A stretch of 64,000 bases of DNA from assembly GCA_907165135.1 (NCBI GenBank), contig OU015568.1, forward strand, positions 7,688,001 to 7,752,000, written 5' to 3'. The stretch comes from Oikopleura dioica (Eukaryota > Animalia > Chordata). The position numbers and the translations under genes were made by a program. Below are positions 46,001 through 58,400 of this stretch, piece after piece (positions within the stretch are counted from its first letter, which is position 1; each line of letters opens with the position of its first letter). The notes below the pieces were generated by a model that was given only the letters and a program-made list of their open reading frames with translations, ran no database searches and was not told where the DNA came from.

Positions 46001-49000
46001 CTCAGAAGCTACTAGATCAAATTCAAATAGAACATGCATACTTTTATGATCTCATAAGATCCGCTATCTTTTAAGATAAGAGAGCTAGCCTGTCTTAGCC
46101 TTGACACGATAACAGTACTTTCCGAGAGGACGTCTTTACAAGGCCACGTATACATAATCTCCTTTCCTACTTGTCGATATCTGCGGCAAAGAGTTCATAG
46201 ATGGAGCCAAAATAAAGAACAGACCGCTGTACGAAGGCTCAAAATATCTCGAAGAGTGCCAATTTTCGAGGTGAAAAGAACCGACCGCTAGAATTTTGTC
46301 TCACCACAATTTAGTTTGTACGACGTTCCGACTGAAGGCGCAGAGTGCACTCAAGTTATTCACGTCAAAAAGGACCAAATTCTGGTGCCGCATCTAATTT
46401 TCAAATCCGACAGATCTAATTTAGATCTTGTTGATTTCTTGTTCAAAATGTTAAAATTTATGTAAAAAAAACTTTATCGACATCAGTTTCGAAGAGTTGA
46501 AATACGATTTGTTGGAGCCGAAAATCCACGGTGAGAAAAAAATGTCAGGGTTCAACAACCTGTCTAAAAACCTGAGTCAGGGTCCTGAAAATGCTTTTAA
46601 GGCGCCGCGAAGCTCTTTCAGGACCCTGACTCAGGTTTTAACACATGTTGTTGACCTGTATTAAATACTATTATCTGGTCTGAAAACCTGTCTAAAAACC
46701 TGAGTCAGGATCCAGAAATTGCTTTTAAGAAGCCGCGAAGCTCTTTCAGGACCCTGACTCAGGTTTTTAGACAGGTTATCAGGCTAGAACAAAGTACTCT
46801 TAAAATAAGTACTGTTAATTCTAATTCTGCTTGTCGTAAGATTAGAAATATGGCTTTAAAAATTAGAGGTCAGCATGTTAAGGGCGGTATTTGATAAAAT
46901 AAAAATTGGTGAAAAAAAAGACTCAACCTTTTTCGGTTTCTAGCGCGGACCGACGAAGGCTGATGTGGACTTATCACACTGCGCACCTGCATGGGCACGA
47001 CATGTTTCTCATCGATATGGGTAAGTTTGAAGCCGCATTGTTGAAATATCCGTCCGCTGAGGGTTAATATCGCCGCAAGAAGTCGCAATGCCCTTGTTTG
47101 CTTTTTTAGGTTTTCCAGAGACGTACAAAAACGGCTCAATCAAATCGATGAGTAAATTCCTCAAGGACTTGGCTCAGCTGTTTGATATTCTAGTGCTTGT
47201 AGTTGAAGCGACAGAAATTTCCCTTTGAAAAGCAAAAAAATTCTTTCGTAATCGAATTCTCGATTTTATGCATTTTTTCACTACATAAAAGCATTGTTTT
47301 AGAAACTGCTAAAAGGAACAATGTACTGTCAATGTCATGGCATACAGCTCAGACAGCTCAGCTGGTTCGCGAAATCTCTAAACAGTAAATTTGCATAGCT
47401 TTTTGTCAGTCTGAGACCGCTATTTCGGCGAAAAGACGAATGTTTTCCCTTTGTTTTAAAAAGGTCTTTTTTTTAAGTTTTAACAGAATCAAGAGAACAG
47501 ATGATGTTTTCAAAACACTTTCTTTTGTAATTTTACTCTAAATTGTCGTTGTTTCACGAAATCTAATGCGCCGGCAACGAGACAAATTTTATCATAAATA
47601 ATTATGACGTAGATGTAGATATATTTATATTTAAAAACGTAGAATATAAGGCTTATAATTCGAAGAAGTCAGTAAATTCCTTGAAAACTTAACATATCAA
47701 CTAACACGTACTGAGCCAACTGCAAGTGCGATAACCCTGCATGTACAATGCACCAGGAAACGATTCAAGTTCTTGAATGAAGATCCGCGGATCTGTTTTA
47801 AATTCATGTTCTTCTTTGAACTCAAACGCTTCTTCAAACTCAGAGCTACTAGAAAAGGCTCTAAAGACATTCATTCAAAATGGGTTTACATAAGACAGGC
47901 CTCGGCAACCTGTGTAGAAAACCTGAGTCAGGCTTTGAAACAGCATTAATGAAAAGCCGCGTAGCGGCCTTTTTGAAAACGAAGACGCGAAGCGGCTTCG
48001 CAAATAAATCATTGCGGCTTTTCATTTATGCTTTTTTAAAGCCTGACTCAGGTTTTCCACACAGGTTTCCGAGCATATACTTTCAAGAAGCCCAAAACTT
48101 CGTCTCAATGTAGCTTTTTTATGCTTGAATAAGCAAAACAGTTACGAAAAAAATGCTTCGTCTTGTTAGCAGTGCTGCTATTTATTTATCGCGCACATCC
48201 CCCGCACTGCCCATTTCGTTCTAAATGCGCGTAAAGTGAACTAACAAATTGCGACTTTCAATTTCCGCGCCGCACTGCGCTCACGTGCCATTCTAGTGCT
48301 CTAAGATCGATATCTTGTTTTCGCAACGAAATTTAGAGAGGCATTTTATATTAGAAAATCAAAAATGTCAGCTATTTTGTTCGATTTGGGGCTGGGAGAC
48401 TGTTTTTATGTAAAAAATGCAGCTCCTCCCTTTCGACCCGCCAATTTTTTTCTAAAAAAGAAATCGTGAAAAAAGTGGAAAGAAGAAAAAATAGCGAAAC
48501 GGGCGAATTTCGACAGGCCAATTCAGGAATGAGTTTCTGAGAGGACTGATTACTATACAAAGAAGAAACATAAGCTTCCCAGAAGTTGAAAAAGGGGGCA
48601 GCTTAAAATTCTTTAAAGAGGCGTTTAGACTGTTTTTGAAACAGACAGTTTGACTTTTAGCATTTTACCCTAGCCATAAGGTGATCTCTTTGCACCAAGG
48701 TTTCTTCATTTGACTATTACTCACGTTTGATGAACGCCAAGTTCATAATTAGACTGGGAGAGAGTCAAAGGTCTTTCGCGGAGGGTTGAAATTAGTTCTG
48801 AATATAATCTTCTAAGAAAAAATTACAGGATAGCCTTAAAATAACAGTGTTTTGACAGCCAAAAGGCTTGATGAAAGAGGAAAAAATTCGATGAACAAGT
48901 TGAAGTCTAAACCGGTTTTTCCAGATAAAAATGGATGAAAAAGCGCTGCTTCGTTATCATTGAATGATTACGGTAACTTCAGTGGCCTCAGTGGTTTCAA

Positions 49001-50812
49001 AAATGGTGTAATTGAAATTACGCGATGGTACTAAGATAAAATAAAGTCAAAAATTTGCATAATTTTTTTTCGTTTTTCCTTGATTTTTGGACCGTTTTAT
49101 TATAAACAACTTCTGTAAGAAGGGAGAACACGTGCTCTTCGCATATCAACCATTAGCGCTCGGTGAATAATCGGACAGCTGGGAAGCGCTCTGAGCAGTT
49201 AGTCAAATCCCCGAAACTCAAATCAGAAGAACACGATTCTGCTTCCTGCTCAAGGTTACGCGATCGTGCGCTTCAAAGCCACAAATCCTGGCTGGTGGCC
49301 TCTCCACTGCCACAACGCGCTCCACAATATGGAAGGTATCAAATTCAATTCATCTGTACTCCTGACCGCCAATTCGTTCCTCTAATCGATTCTTCCGCGC
49401 TCGATTAATCTTCAATTCGTATTTACTGTAGGAAGCAGATTTATCTAAATGATGTTGTTTTATGCATCAGAAATCTGATCGACTTAGCATTAATCTGTTG
49501 ACATCAAGAAACCAGACAAATCAATAGAACACAGACTTCTAATAATAGAAGAAAATCTCGCCAAGCTTGTCGACAAAACATCGTCATTGCTTGCCTAACT
49601 TGGGCCATGGGAGATCGTTGATAAAAATATGAGAACCAAGAAAACGAAGTACATTTTCGGAGGACCAATAAGCTTGCTGTATTTGGCCTACCGGCCAATC
49701 AAAACGCAGAGACGTAAAATCACTTCCTTTTCTTGGATCTGCCCCTCTTTTGAACCTTTCTTGAATCTCTGACTTTAGAATGTTCTTATAACGACTACCC
49801 TCTCTAGAATTTCTGAAAAACCAACGCACGCTCCATTTATTAAGCCCTTTCAAATCCCCCCTTTTGAAAGAAATCCCTTTTTTGAAAATCCGAAAACAAG
49901 TTCCGCCCGTTCTATTTTCTCTCAAAAAAGTGCCCCCTTTTGCCAAAACCAGCAATTTCTGTAAATCCGGGAAAGATGTCTCGGGCCGAAAAAAAGATGT
50001 CAGGGCGGTGATTTTTTACTTTCACGTTTTAACGCGTGAGAAAAATTCCTAACACCCGTAAAATCGCGTAACATTTTCTCTCTCTTTTGGAAATTCATCA
50101 AATCGTTAGCTTGTAGATATGTGGGCTCAACAGCCTTTGGAGAAAACCTGAGTCAGGTTGTGAGTAGCTAGAATGAAAAGCCGCGTAGCGGCTTTTTTAA
50201 AAACGAAGCCGCAAAGCGGCTTCGCAAGTCAATTATTTTTCTCTATTTTTAAATGATTCCAAAGCCGCTTCGCGGCTTCGTTTTTAAAAAAGCCGCTACG
50301 CGGCTTTTCATTTTACCTGTTCAGAACCCGAGTCAGTTATTCTTCATAGGTTGTTTTGCTCAGAATTTTGGACGAGCGGAGGGTTACGTAAATGTTAAGA
50401 TGGATGGGTAATTATAGCAATTAGCGAGATCAGTCTTGAACACTTGATTGGACTCTAATGAACAATTTATGAAAATAAGGCGGTTCAGGAGTTCAGGTTC
50501 ATGACTCATGACACGGAAACGAAGCTAGAACTTCTTTTTCTCATTATTTTATTTCAGGGATGATGCTCTTATTTCACGTAGAAGATGAAGAAAACGGTAA
50601 GAACTAAATTCACATTATGTACATAACAAAGAGTATTTGGCTGGTAGTTTTGACATCAACTCCCTCATTAACCCGATTACCCGTTTCTTTATTTTTCAGG
50701 GCGACCGCTGACAACAATCCCACGTGGTCTGCCTCAATGCTCGCCCCAAAGTTTGGAGCTAAACGAAGCGGAATACTCTTGGGAAATCGAACCAAATTTG
50801 AAAAATATTTAA
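40060..50812 (+). CDS. Laccase-like three-domain multicopper oxidase (about 18 exons; signal-peptide exon not resolved)
   Basis: All four Cu-binding motifs are found in separate exons: TVHWHG (40820), GTFWYHTH (42130), HTAHLHGH (46975) and [17 protein letters not shown]|GM (49290, 50560). Also [57 protein letters not shown] and SSINNIKF. Confidence 0.9.
40250..40345. mobile_element. MITE family B copy (degenerate)
   Basis: AAATCCGAGAAGCCGCTTCGGGTTTCGAG..GCCGCGCGAAGCGCGGC..CTCGAAGCGGCTTCTCGGATTT. Confidence 0.75.
45825..46005. mobile_element. MITE family A copy (laccase intron)
   Basis: Arms and hairpins present. Confidence 0.83.
46546..46787. mobile_element. Two tandem short family A copies (46546-46658, 46675-46787)
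   Basis: Both have arms plus the same reduced core TGCTTTTAAG(G/A)(C/A)GCCGCGAAGCTCTTTCAGG. Confidence 0.85.
47896..48077. mobile_element. MITE family A copy
   Basis: CAGGCCTCGGCAACCTGTGTAGAAAACCTGAGTCAGG arm and its inverse. Confidence 0.83.
50121..50363. mobile_element. MITE family A full-length copy (four hairpins)
   Basis: AAAAGCCGCGTAGCGGCTTTTTTAAAAACGAAGCCGCAAAGCGGCTTCGC and its mirror image. Confidence 0.85.
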
Positions 50813-51330
50813 TTACACCTGCTCAGACTTACTTCAACTAATAAACTCTCAACTCAACCTAACGACCATAAAACATCCTCTAACAAGAGAATAATTCACA
50901 CTGGGGACCTTCTTCCTTTTCGCTCAGAGGGTTGAAAAAGAAGGAGAGGAAAAAAACAACCATCGAAGTGGAAAAAAATGGTATAAAAAAGGAATCAACG
51001 GGTTCATTTTTGGGAAAAAATAGTGAAACGAAGGGGGGTTAAATGGCTAATTAAGAACCAACCGGGAAAATCAACCGCAAAACTAGGTTCGGCGACGTTT
51101 TTGCAATGATAAAGAATTAAGATTTTCAAAAGGAAATGCGTCATCTTCGCAAAAGTTTTAATAAATTTTAACTGCCCCCCTTCTCGATCTTTCCATCAGT
51201 AAATCTGGGAAGAAAGACGGACACGCCGGGTACGGAGTCCGGATTTGGATCACAATCGAGACGCAAGGGGATCCCACGAGTGTCCGCAGTATTAGATTTA
51301 TTGAGATTATTAACCGTCTAAAAAGGTTCC

Positions 51331-51552
51331 CTGGAATCGGCAACCTGTTTGAAAAAACTGAGTGAGGATCTGAAAGAGCTAAAATGAAAAGCCGCGTAGC
51401 AGCTTTTTTTTCAAAACGAAGCCGCGAAGCGGCTTCGCAACATGACCATTAAAATCAAATTTTTAAATTCTGTCTTTAAAAAAGCTGCTACGCGGCTTTT
51501 CAGTTTAGCTTTCTCAGACCCTGAGTGAGATTTTCTACACATGCTGAGTTCT
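51331..51552. mobile_element. MITE family A copy
   Basis: Degenerate arms and hairpins. Confidence 0.8.
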
Positions 51553-52337
51553 TGTCAAGAGAGCTAGAAAGTCGTCTTTTGTAGACAAAAACTTTCAAGA
51601 GAAAGAGTCGACCAAAAAAGTGAATCCGCGCTAAGTCTTGATTTCCTTTCCATTCTGAGCGGCAACAAAAAAGAGATGCAAATGCTGCCAATTACGCGCG
51701 GACTGAGCGCTGCTGAAGATTAGCGATTATCGAACTGCTTCCCGAAAAAAGTGATGTCGAGAGAAAATGATGAGGAGAAGATGAATGGGCCGCTAACGAT
51801 AAATCAGCTCGTTTTGGCTTCCGCGGGAATAAGTCTTTTAGGGTTTTCGCGGCTTCGAATTTTGCTTTGAAAAATGACGCGGGATAGAAGTGATGATGCG
51901 ATAAGTTCATAAAATTCAAGAGCGCGAGCGTCTTATCACCTAAGAGGGCTGGATATTTAGAAAAATGAACTCAGCTTCCTCAGCTTTTTTTTCTTTCATA
52001 AATCATAAAAATAAATTTGCAACGTTTCCAAAAAGCAATAATTCGAAGCCATTTTGAAGTGGTTGTCGTTCTGGTTTTGCTGTGGCTGTGGCGGATCAAG
52101 TAAGTCGTGGAAGTGACCTAATCCCGTTTCTCTTTAACCGGTACTTTTGTTCGTTTTCTTGCAAGTTAATTCACCAATTTGGCAGCCTATCGAATCATCT
52201 TTCGTAATCTACTTAACCAGCAGGCACCCACAGGTCATCAATATTGTCACAAGCAGCCCCCCACCAGTCAAACAAATTAGTGACTGGATTTTGCAGAAAA
52301 AAAGAACCACGTTTTTAACAGACGGGAGCACCTTAAA

Positions 52338-52579
52338 CTGCATTTGTCAACCTTTGAAGAAAATCTGAGTCAAGTTCTGAAGATCTAAAATGAAAAGCCG
52401 CGTAGCGGCTTTTTAAAAAAGGAAGCCGCAAAGCGGCTTCGCCATAATTGTAGTTTTAATTGAGATTGGGATTTTGCGAAGCCGCTTCGCGGCTTTGTCT
52501 CTAAAAAGCCGCTGCGCGGCTTTTCATTTTAGCTCTTTGGTACCTGACTCAAGTTTTCAACACAGGTTACCGAGCCAAA
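52338..52579. mobile_element. MITE family A full-length copy
   Basis: 8-bp TSD ACCTTAAA (52330-52337, 52580-52587) and four hairpins. Confidence 0.88.
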
Positions 52580-53169
52580 ACCTTAAAAACGTTTTTATCT
52601 GCATCCTAAAGTTCATTTCTTGTCGTCAGTTTTTGAATATTTCAAGCGAAAGGAACGATTTTCCGAATCACCTCTGCCCTTTTTAAAACGTAAATTCAGG
52701 AGGCGGATGAAAGAAGAACTCCCTGCTGAGAATATTGCGTTAGGTAGGTGACCTTAAAGTTTCCATTCCAAGAGTTGGAATTATACAAATTTTCAAAAAT
52801 ACAGATGGCCGTTTTTTTTTCTTTTTTGAGAAATTCGATTTTGACAGCTTTCAAAAAGGAGCTCCGGCTTGACGCAAACTTTCTCGTCATCGGTTGAAGC
52901 TCGTTTGACGTTGTTTGATCCGTCCAGTTAGGGTCAAATTCTTGACAATTACCGACGGTGAACATCGGGACAGGCATTAGACAATCCGAAAATGACATAC
53001 CTATAATGGGTGGAAAGTAAAACTCAACAAGTGCTTTTCCAACGAGCAGATAACGGCGTAAATCGTTAGTGCCAGGCTTTTGACACTGTTGTTTCTCACC
53101 TACTAATTTGACGAGGGCAAAAACATTAGCTGTCTGGAATTTCTCAAGAAAATGAAGAAGGAGGTCGCT

Positions 53170-53397
53170 CTGGGCTCGGTAACCTATGAAGAGAACCTGA
53201 GTCAGGATCTGAATAGTCTAAAATGAAAAGCCGCAAAGCGGCTTTTTAATCAACAAAGCCGCGAAGCGGCTTTGGAAGATAACCATTTGATCTTTGGCGA
53301 AGCCGCTTCGCGGCTTTAGTTTAAAAAAAGCCGCGGCTTTTCATTTTAGACTATTCAGGTCCTGACTCAGGTTTTCTTCATACGTTTCTGAAGACAG
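53170..53397. mobile_element. MITE family A copy
   Basis: Full foldback flanked by a GGTCGCT direct repeat (7 bp matching). Confidence 0.86.
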
Positions 53398-54880
53398 GGT
53401 CGCTATTTTTGAAGAAATAAGTTCTTTCGTTCAATATCCGTCATAATGAGGAGCTCCTGATGAAATTTTTTTTCAGATGCGACTGTAGTTGACGACTGTA
53501 ACGATGGAACGCCCATGATCTCACCCGAACCTCGATCTTCTATCATATCTCGTGAACGTGCGATTTATAAGTTTCCAGCGTTAAAATTATCTAATCCTCT
53601 TTAGCGACGATAAGCGCTGGTGGAAGGAAACTTAGGAACCAGGGCTCATTCTGTTTTTATTCATATCAGTTCAACTTCATGAATCCTAATTAGAGATACT
53701 GCATAAACAAAAACGAGATAAGGGAGAAAAAGAGCCCTTGAAAGTAAAGATCCATTCGCGCTCATTGAAGATCTCCACTCGCTGGACTCAATGAGTAATT
53801 GTATGTCGTCCTTTTTTCGTTTTATATAATATGACGCATATTATAATCTTCATTTTGATATTGTTCAGCAGACCGTAGACTCTTCGGAAGAATAATTCTT
53901 GTGCTTTGAAATGTTGAGCGTGTACGCCCAAACAAGGAAATATTATGACGGTGGATGAAAATTTATTTCAGTCGAAAAACGCAACAGTTTGGGGTCGCTG
54001 GCGCATCCACGGCTGTCAAACGTGTCCACGATTCAAGAAGGGCGTCGCCACTCGGAAACTCCCGTCCCGGCTGTTTCGAAAAAACGATTTTTGGAATGGA
54101 CTCAGCTTTTCAATCTTTTTCAAACAAATATTTTTTCAAAAAATCATCGAGTTTTAAAATTTAAAATTGAAATTTCAAACTAGCTTTATTCACTTTTTCT
54201 TTTGAATAAGAATATTTGAAAACAAGTTCGCCAAGTCAAAGAAGTGAGGTACTCGTTTTCGGGCCATTATGTTAATTACCGTTTCACTTACTAGTGGTCG
54301 AGAAAACTTGTCTTATCAGCCACAGAGGGGATAACGCATGCTCTTATCGCTAAAGAAAAAAGCAGAATGGACGGGCCCCTCCGCATTAGCGCTGTTTTTT
54401 TCTCTCGATAAACGCTGATTAGTAAATACTATTTTGGGCGGAGAGATAACACGTGGCTACTAGGGCCCGAAAGGGGGGGGGTCACATGACTTACAGTTAG
54501 AGCTTTATAATTACTAGAATCTACATGCTATCAGTTTCACATAAACTTTAAAAGATAAATATACCTTAGTTCAACATTTTTTTTCTCACAGATTTTCTTT
54601 GAGAAGAAGTTTCGCCGCTGAATATAAAGTATGTTCTGAGTCCCGTTAAAAGCCCCGTTACGGTTCGCTGCAAGCCGATTTCATTCCCGAACACGACGAG
54701 TGAAGAATTCACGTGTGTTCGCTTATTCAGGATTGTGGCAGCCAGCCGCCCGAAACAGCCAGCCACGAAGAAGCCTGATATTCTCTTCTTTCCCTTCAAA
54801 ATGTGTCTTACGAGTTCTATTGACTCTCGAAACTGAATAAATATGCACCACTTGCTTTGCTAAAATCATCTTGCTCTAAT

Positions 54881-55212
54881 CAGGGTTCAAAAACCTGTGT
54901 AGAAAACCTGAGTCAGGCTATCAAAGACCTTCAATAAAAAGCCGCGTAGCGGCTTTTCAAAAAAAAACGAAGCCACATAGCGGCTTCGCTAAAAAACCAA
55001 TAGAGTTTAAATTTGATCTCTTACTCAGGACCCTGACTCAGGTTTTCAATACATTGTGTAGTATTGAATTGGTATTGTTTGGAATGGTTAACCATTATTC
55101 GAATAAATTATTCGAAGCCGCTTCGCGGCTTAGTTTCTGAAAAAGCCGCTACGCGGCTTTTCATTGGAGATCTTTCAGACCGTGACTCAGGTTTTCTACA
55201 CAGGTAACCGAA
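54881..55212. mobile_element. MITE family A, rearranged or compound copy
   Basis: One left arm and two right arms (~55030, ~55185) separated by an unrelated spacer. Confidence 0.78.
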
Positions 55213-55409
55213 TGAAAATCTTTCTTGAAGTCATATTTCTGGAGTTTATTTGAGTTACTGTAGGCAATTCTTGGCTAGCTAGTATTGTTGTTCTTTCGAG
55301 GCATGCAGAATTCGATAGAGGGTTGAATTAAGATTGAGATTGAAGAAAAGTGAAGAATAGAGGCAAGTAATAATAGAAGTTGAAAGAAGTTCTTGCTTGA
55401 AATTCAAAG

Positions 55410-58400
55410 ATGCTCAATTCGAAGAAATCGTTCTCGAGAAGGAACCGATAAGTTTATCGTCTTCGTTTCGGCTTTTTGATTAATTTTTGATTAGCTTGAA
55501 AACGTGGATAATTTGGATTACCTCCGACAACGAGTCTCCAGTTGATGATATCCTTTGGTGTCCAAGCATCATCATAACTGGTGCAGTTCGTCACCTGGCC
55601 GAGTTTATCTTCGAGAAAAATATTTGGCGGATCGGGAAAATTGACTCAACTAACCTGATAAAGACCAAACATACTCGCGGTCGCGATTCTGCGACCAGTG
55701 AAGGTAACCTAATCAACCCGTCGATGTTTCAAATTGCCGAGGAATCGAGTTAATACCTGTTTTTTCATTTTCGCGGCGCCAGTAATAGCGTCCGTTGAAA
55801 AGAGCAGAGCCGATTTCGTAGTTGCCGCCCAAACTGGCGTGTTCAATGGAAATGAAGTCCGGGATCTCGATCTCTTCGAATTTCAAACCGTGGCGAATTG
55901 TTGTCTCCTGAAAATTTTATCGTGGGGCCGCAATCGCTATTGTGGAGCAATTCGAGCGATTTCCGTTCTTGGGTTGCCACGAGTAGTACTCACGTTTCCT
56001 TGGATGTCTTTCTCGGTCGTCTCCCAAGCAGCTTTTACGAATGAGCCACCGCGCTTCGTCTCGTCGAATAACTTCCATCTAAGAAGCAAAAGTATTTTTC
56101 ACGTAATTTCTATTAGAGACTACCTGAACTCGCTAATCTTCGTCGGCCAGCGGTGATCTTCAGTGGTCATGTAGAGCGGTCGGTTGGGTCGACGCCCTTT
56201 GAAGATGTAATTCGAAAGACAGATGCTCTCCCCGTCCCACTTGTCCCACCCCCGCTGGATGATCCACTCGTATTTTCCGCGGAATTTTGGTTTTGAAAAA
56301 GGTCAAAAGAAAGTTCCGTCTTAGGAAGAAGTTGCGGCTCTAGAACATGTGTCGAAAACCTGAGTCAGGGTCTGAAGAGCTTAAATGAAAAGCCGCGTAG
56401 CGGCTTTTTTGTAAACGAAGCCGCAAAGCGGCTTCGCAAACATGACCATCTCAATCTATTATTGATTTCTGGCATAGCCGCTTCGCGGCTTTTCATTTTA
56501 GCTCGTTAGACCCTGACTCAGGTTTTCTACAAAGGTCGAGGTTGACAAAAATGAAGTTTTATGAAAAAAAATTATTCAAAACCAAATCAAGGATTGCTAA
56601 CCCACTGAATCAAATAGGGCTCGTCGGGGGAGTTCTCCGGCAAAATCTGCTCATATACAATCTTTCCGTTGAGCGTTCTCTGGTGCTCGCGATAGAGGCC
56701 GACCGCTAATAATGCACAGTTAGTGGCATAATTAGAGCTACTAATCTCGAGTGAGCTGCAACTTTCGCACCTGATAACTTGCGCAGTTCCATCAGGTGCT
56801 TGGACTTTAGAGTCTCTTTCCGCGCTTCTAAGAATTCTTTCGGTGAAGTGTAGCTCGTCTGTTGCTGGAAAGCGGCTCTTATGAAAAGAGAGTTATTTTT
56901 AGAAAGTCGTGTAAATTGCCATTTCAAAATAATATAGAGGGTTGTTTTATACACTCGGTTTCATATTCTTTAAAAGAATGACGAACTTTTGGGAAAACAA
57001 GGAGCATTTAAGAGACCTACTCGGAAGCAACATATTGTTTTCACTTGAAAAAAATTAATGAAAACATCAATGGTGACTAACAACTAAACAGAGCTTAAGA
57101 CCAGTATTTGCTTATTTCAAGAAGCGCTCAAAAGTACCTTACAGATCGGCGCACTTCTCCAGTAGAAATGTAGATGTGTTTTGGCTGTTTGATTTGGGTG
57201 AGTTTGAAGCCGCTTCCGGCGTCATCCCAGAAGCCCTTTTTGCCTTCGTTTTCGTGAAACGCGTACTTTCGGGGATTAATTGTTTCCTCCTGGAAATGAG
57301 CCCGCTCATTATGGAAATCCATTCAGGGTTCATCCCTTTCTGAATTCCTTGGACGCAGATTCCAGCTTTTGCTCAAAAATGGTTGAAATACGATTTCAGC
57401 GAAATTTTTTCGTAACATTTTCTTTACGATTGTTTGGTTATCCTTTGATTAGTGGTATTAAATCCCGTGCCCAGTTTGTGCACAACGCAGGATTTAGGCA
57501 GTCGTCCTCTGAGTAGAATCCACCCATATTACGTAAAATCGGCGGCTTATCAGCTTTTTTCTCGGCAGTGGGTCCGATCATCCACACGTATTGTCCGTCA
57601 GGGTGAGATTTTGTCGGACTTGCGTTGGACTTTCAAGGGCTTTTGACATTTGATGTTGTTATTTCTATTCGTTATAGCCTTTTGCGAGTATTTCACTTGC
57701 TAACACTTCTGTGTGAAACTAAATAAAAAATCAATTCATCAAGAATTCTTTTTTCAAAAAAAGATCTGGAAAAATGAAAGAGATTTCTAAAAAATATGTA
57801 GCAGATTTTGGAAATTTTGGAAAATGTCACTATGCGCAGTTTATGAATGGGATGCGTTATCCTTGGTAAAATGAAGAAGAATAAGTAAGATGAAAATATA
57901 TATATATTTTAGTGAGAGAGTAACTCATAAGATGTTCGAAAAGTCAGATGGAGAGACTGTTTGTGAAAATTGTGTTGGCTTTTTTGGTTGGAGATACTTT
58001 TTAAATCTTATCAATTTATATTGTATCAGTTTATCATTTCAAATTCAACTTAATAGTCTACAAAATATAGACTCGATTATAAAGATTTTTGTTCTTTAAT
58101 TCTACGAGAAAGCCAAAAAAAGTAAGGGTTATAATTCGTACTATGGAACTGAAGGAGGGAGATTTGTTCTATCAGACGCCAAATTCAAATGTCCAGCTGG
58201 GAAATGTTCCAATGAAATGCTTACGTTTAGAGAGTTCTTCATCGGCAAATGTTGTGAGGAAGCAAGGAAGTTATATGGATATGATAGGGTTGATTACCAA
58301 AAGAAAGTTACCGAACAATTCGAGGCTTCTAAAACTGTTGAAGAAGATGCGAAAAAACACTTGAAGATGTTCTGAAAAAACTAGCCGTTGCAAAGCAAAA

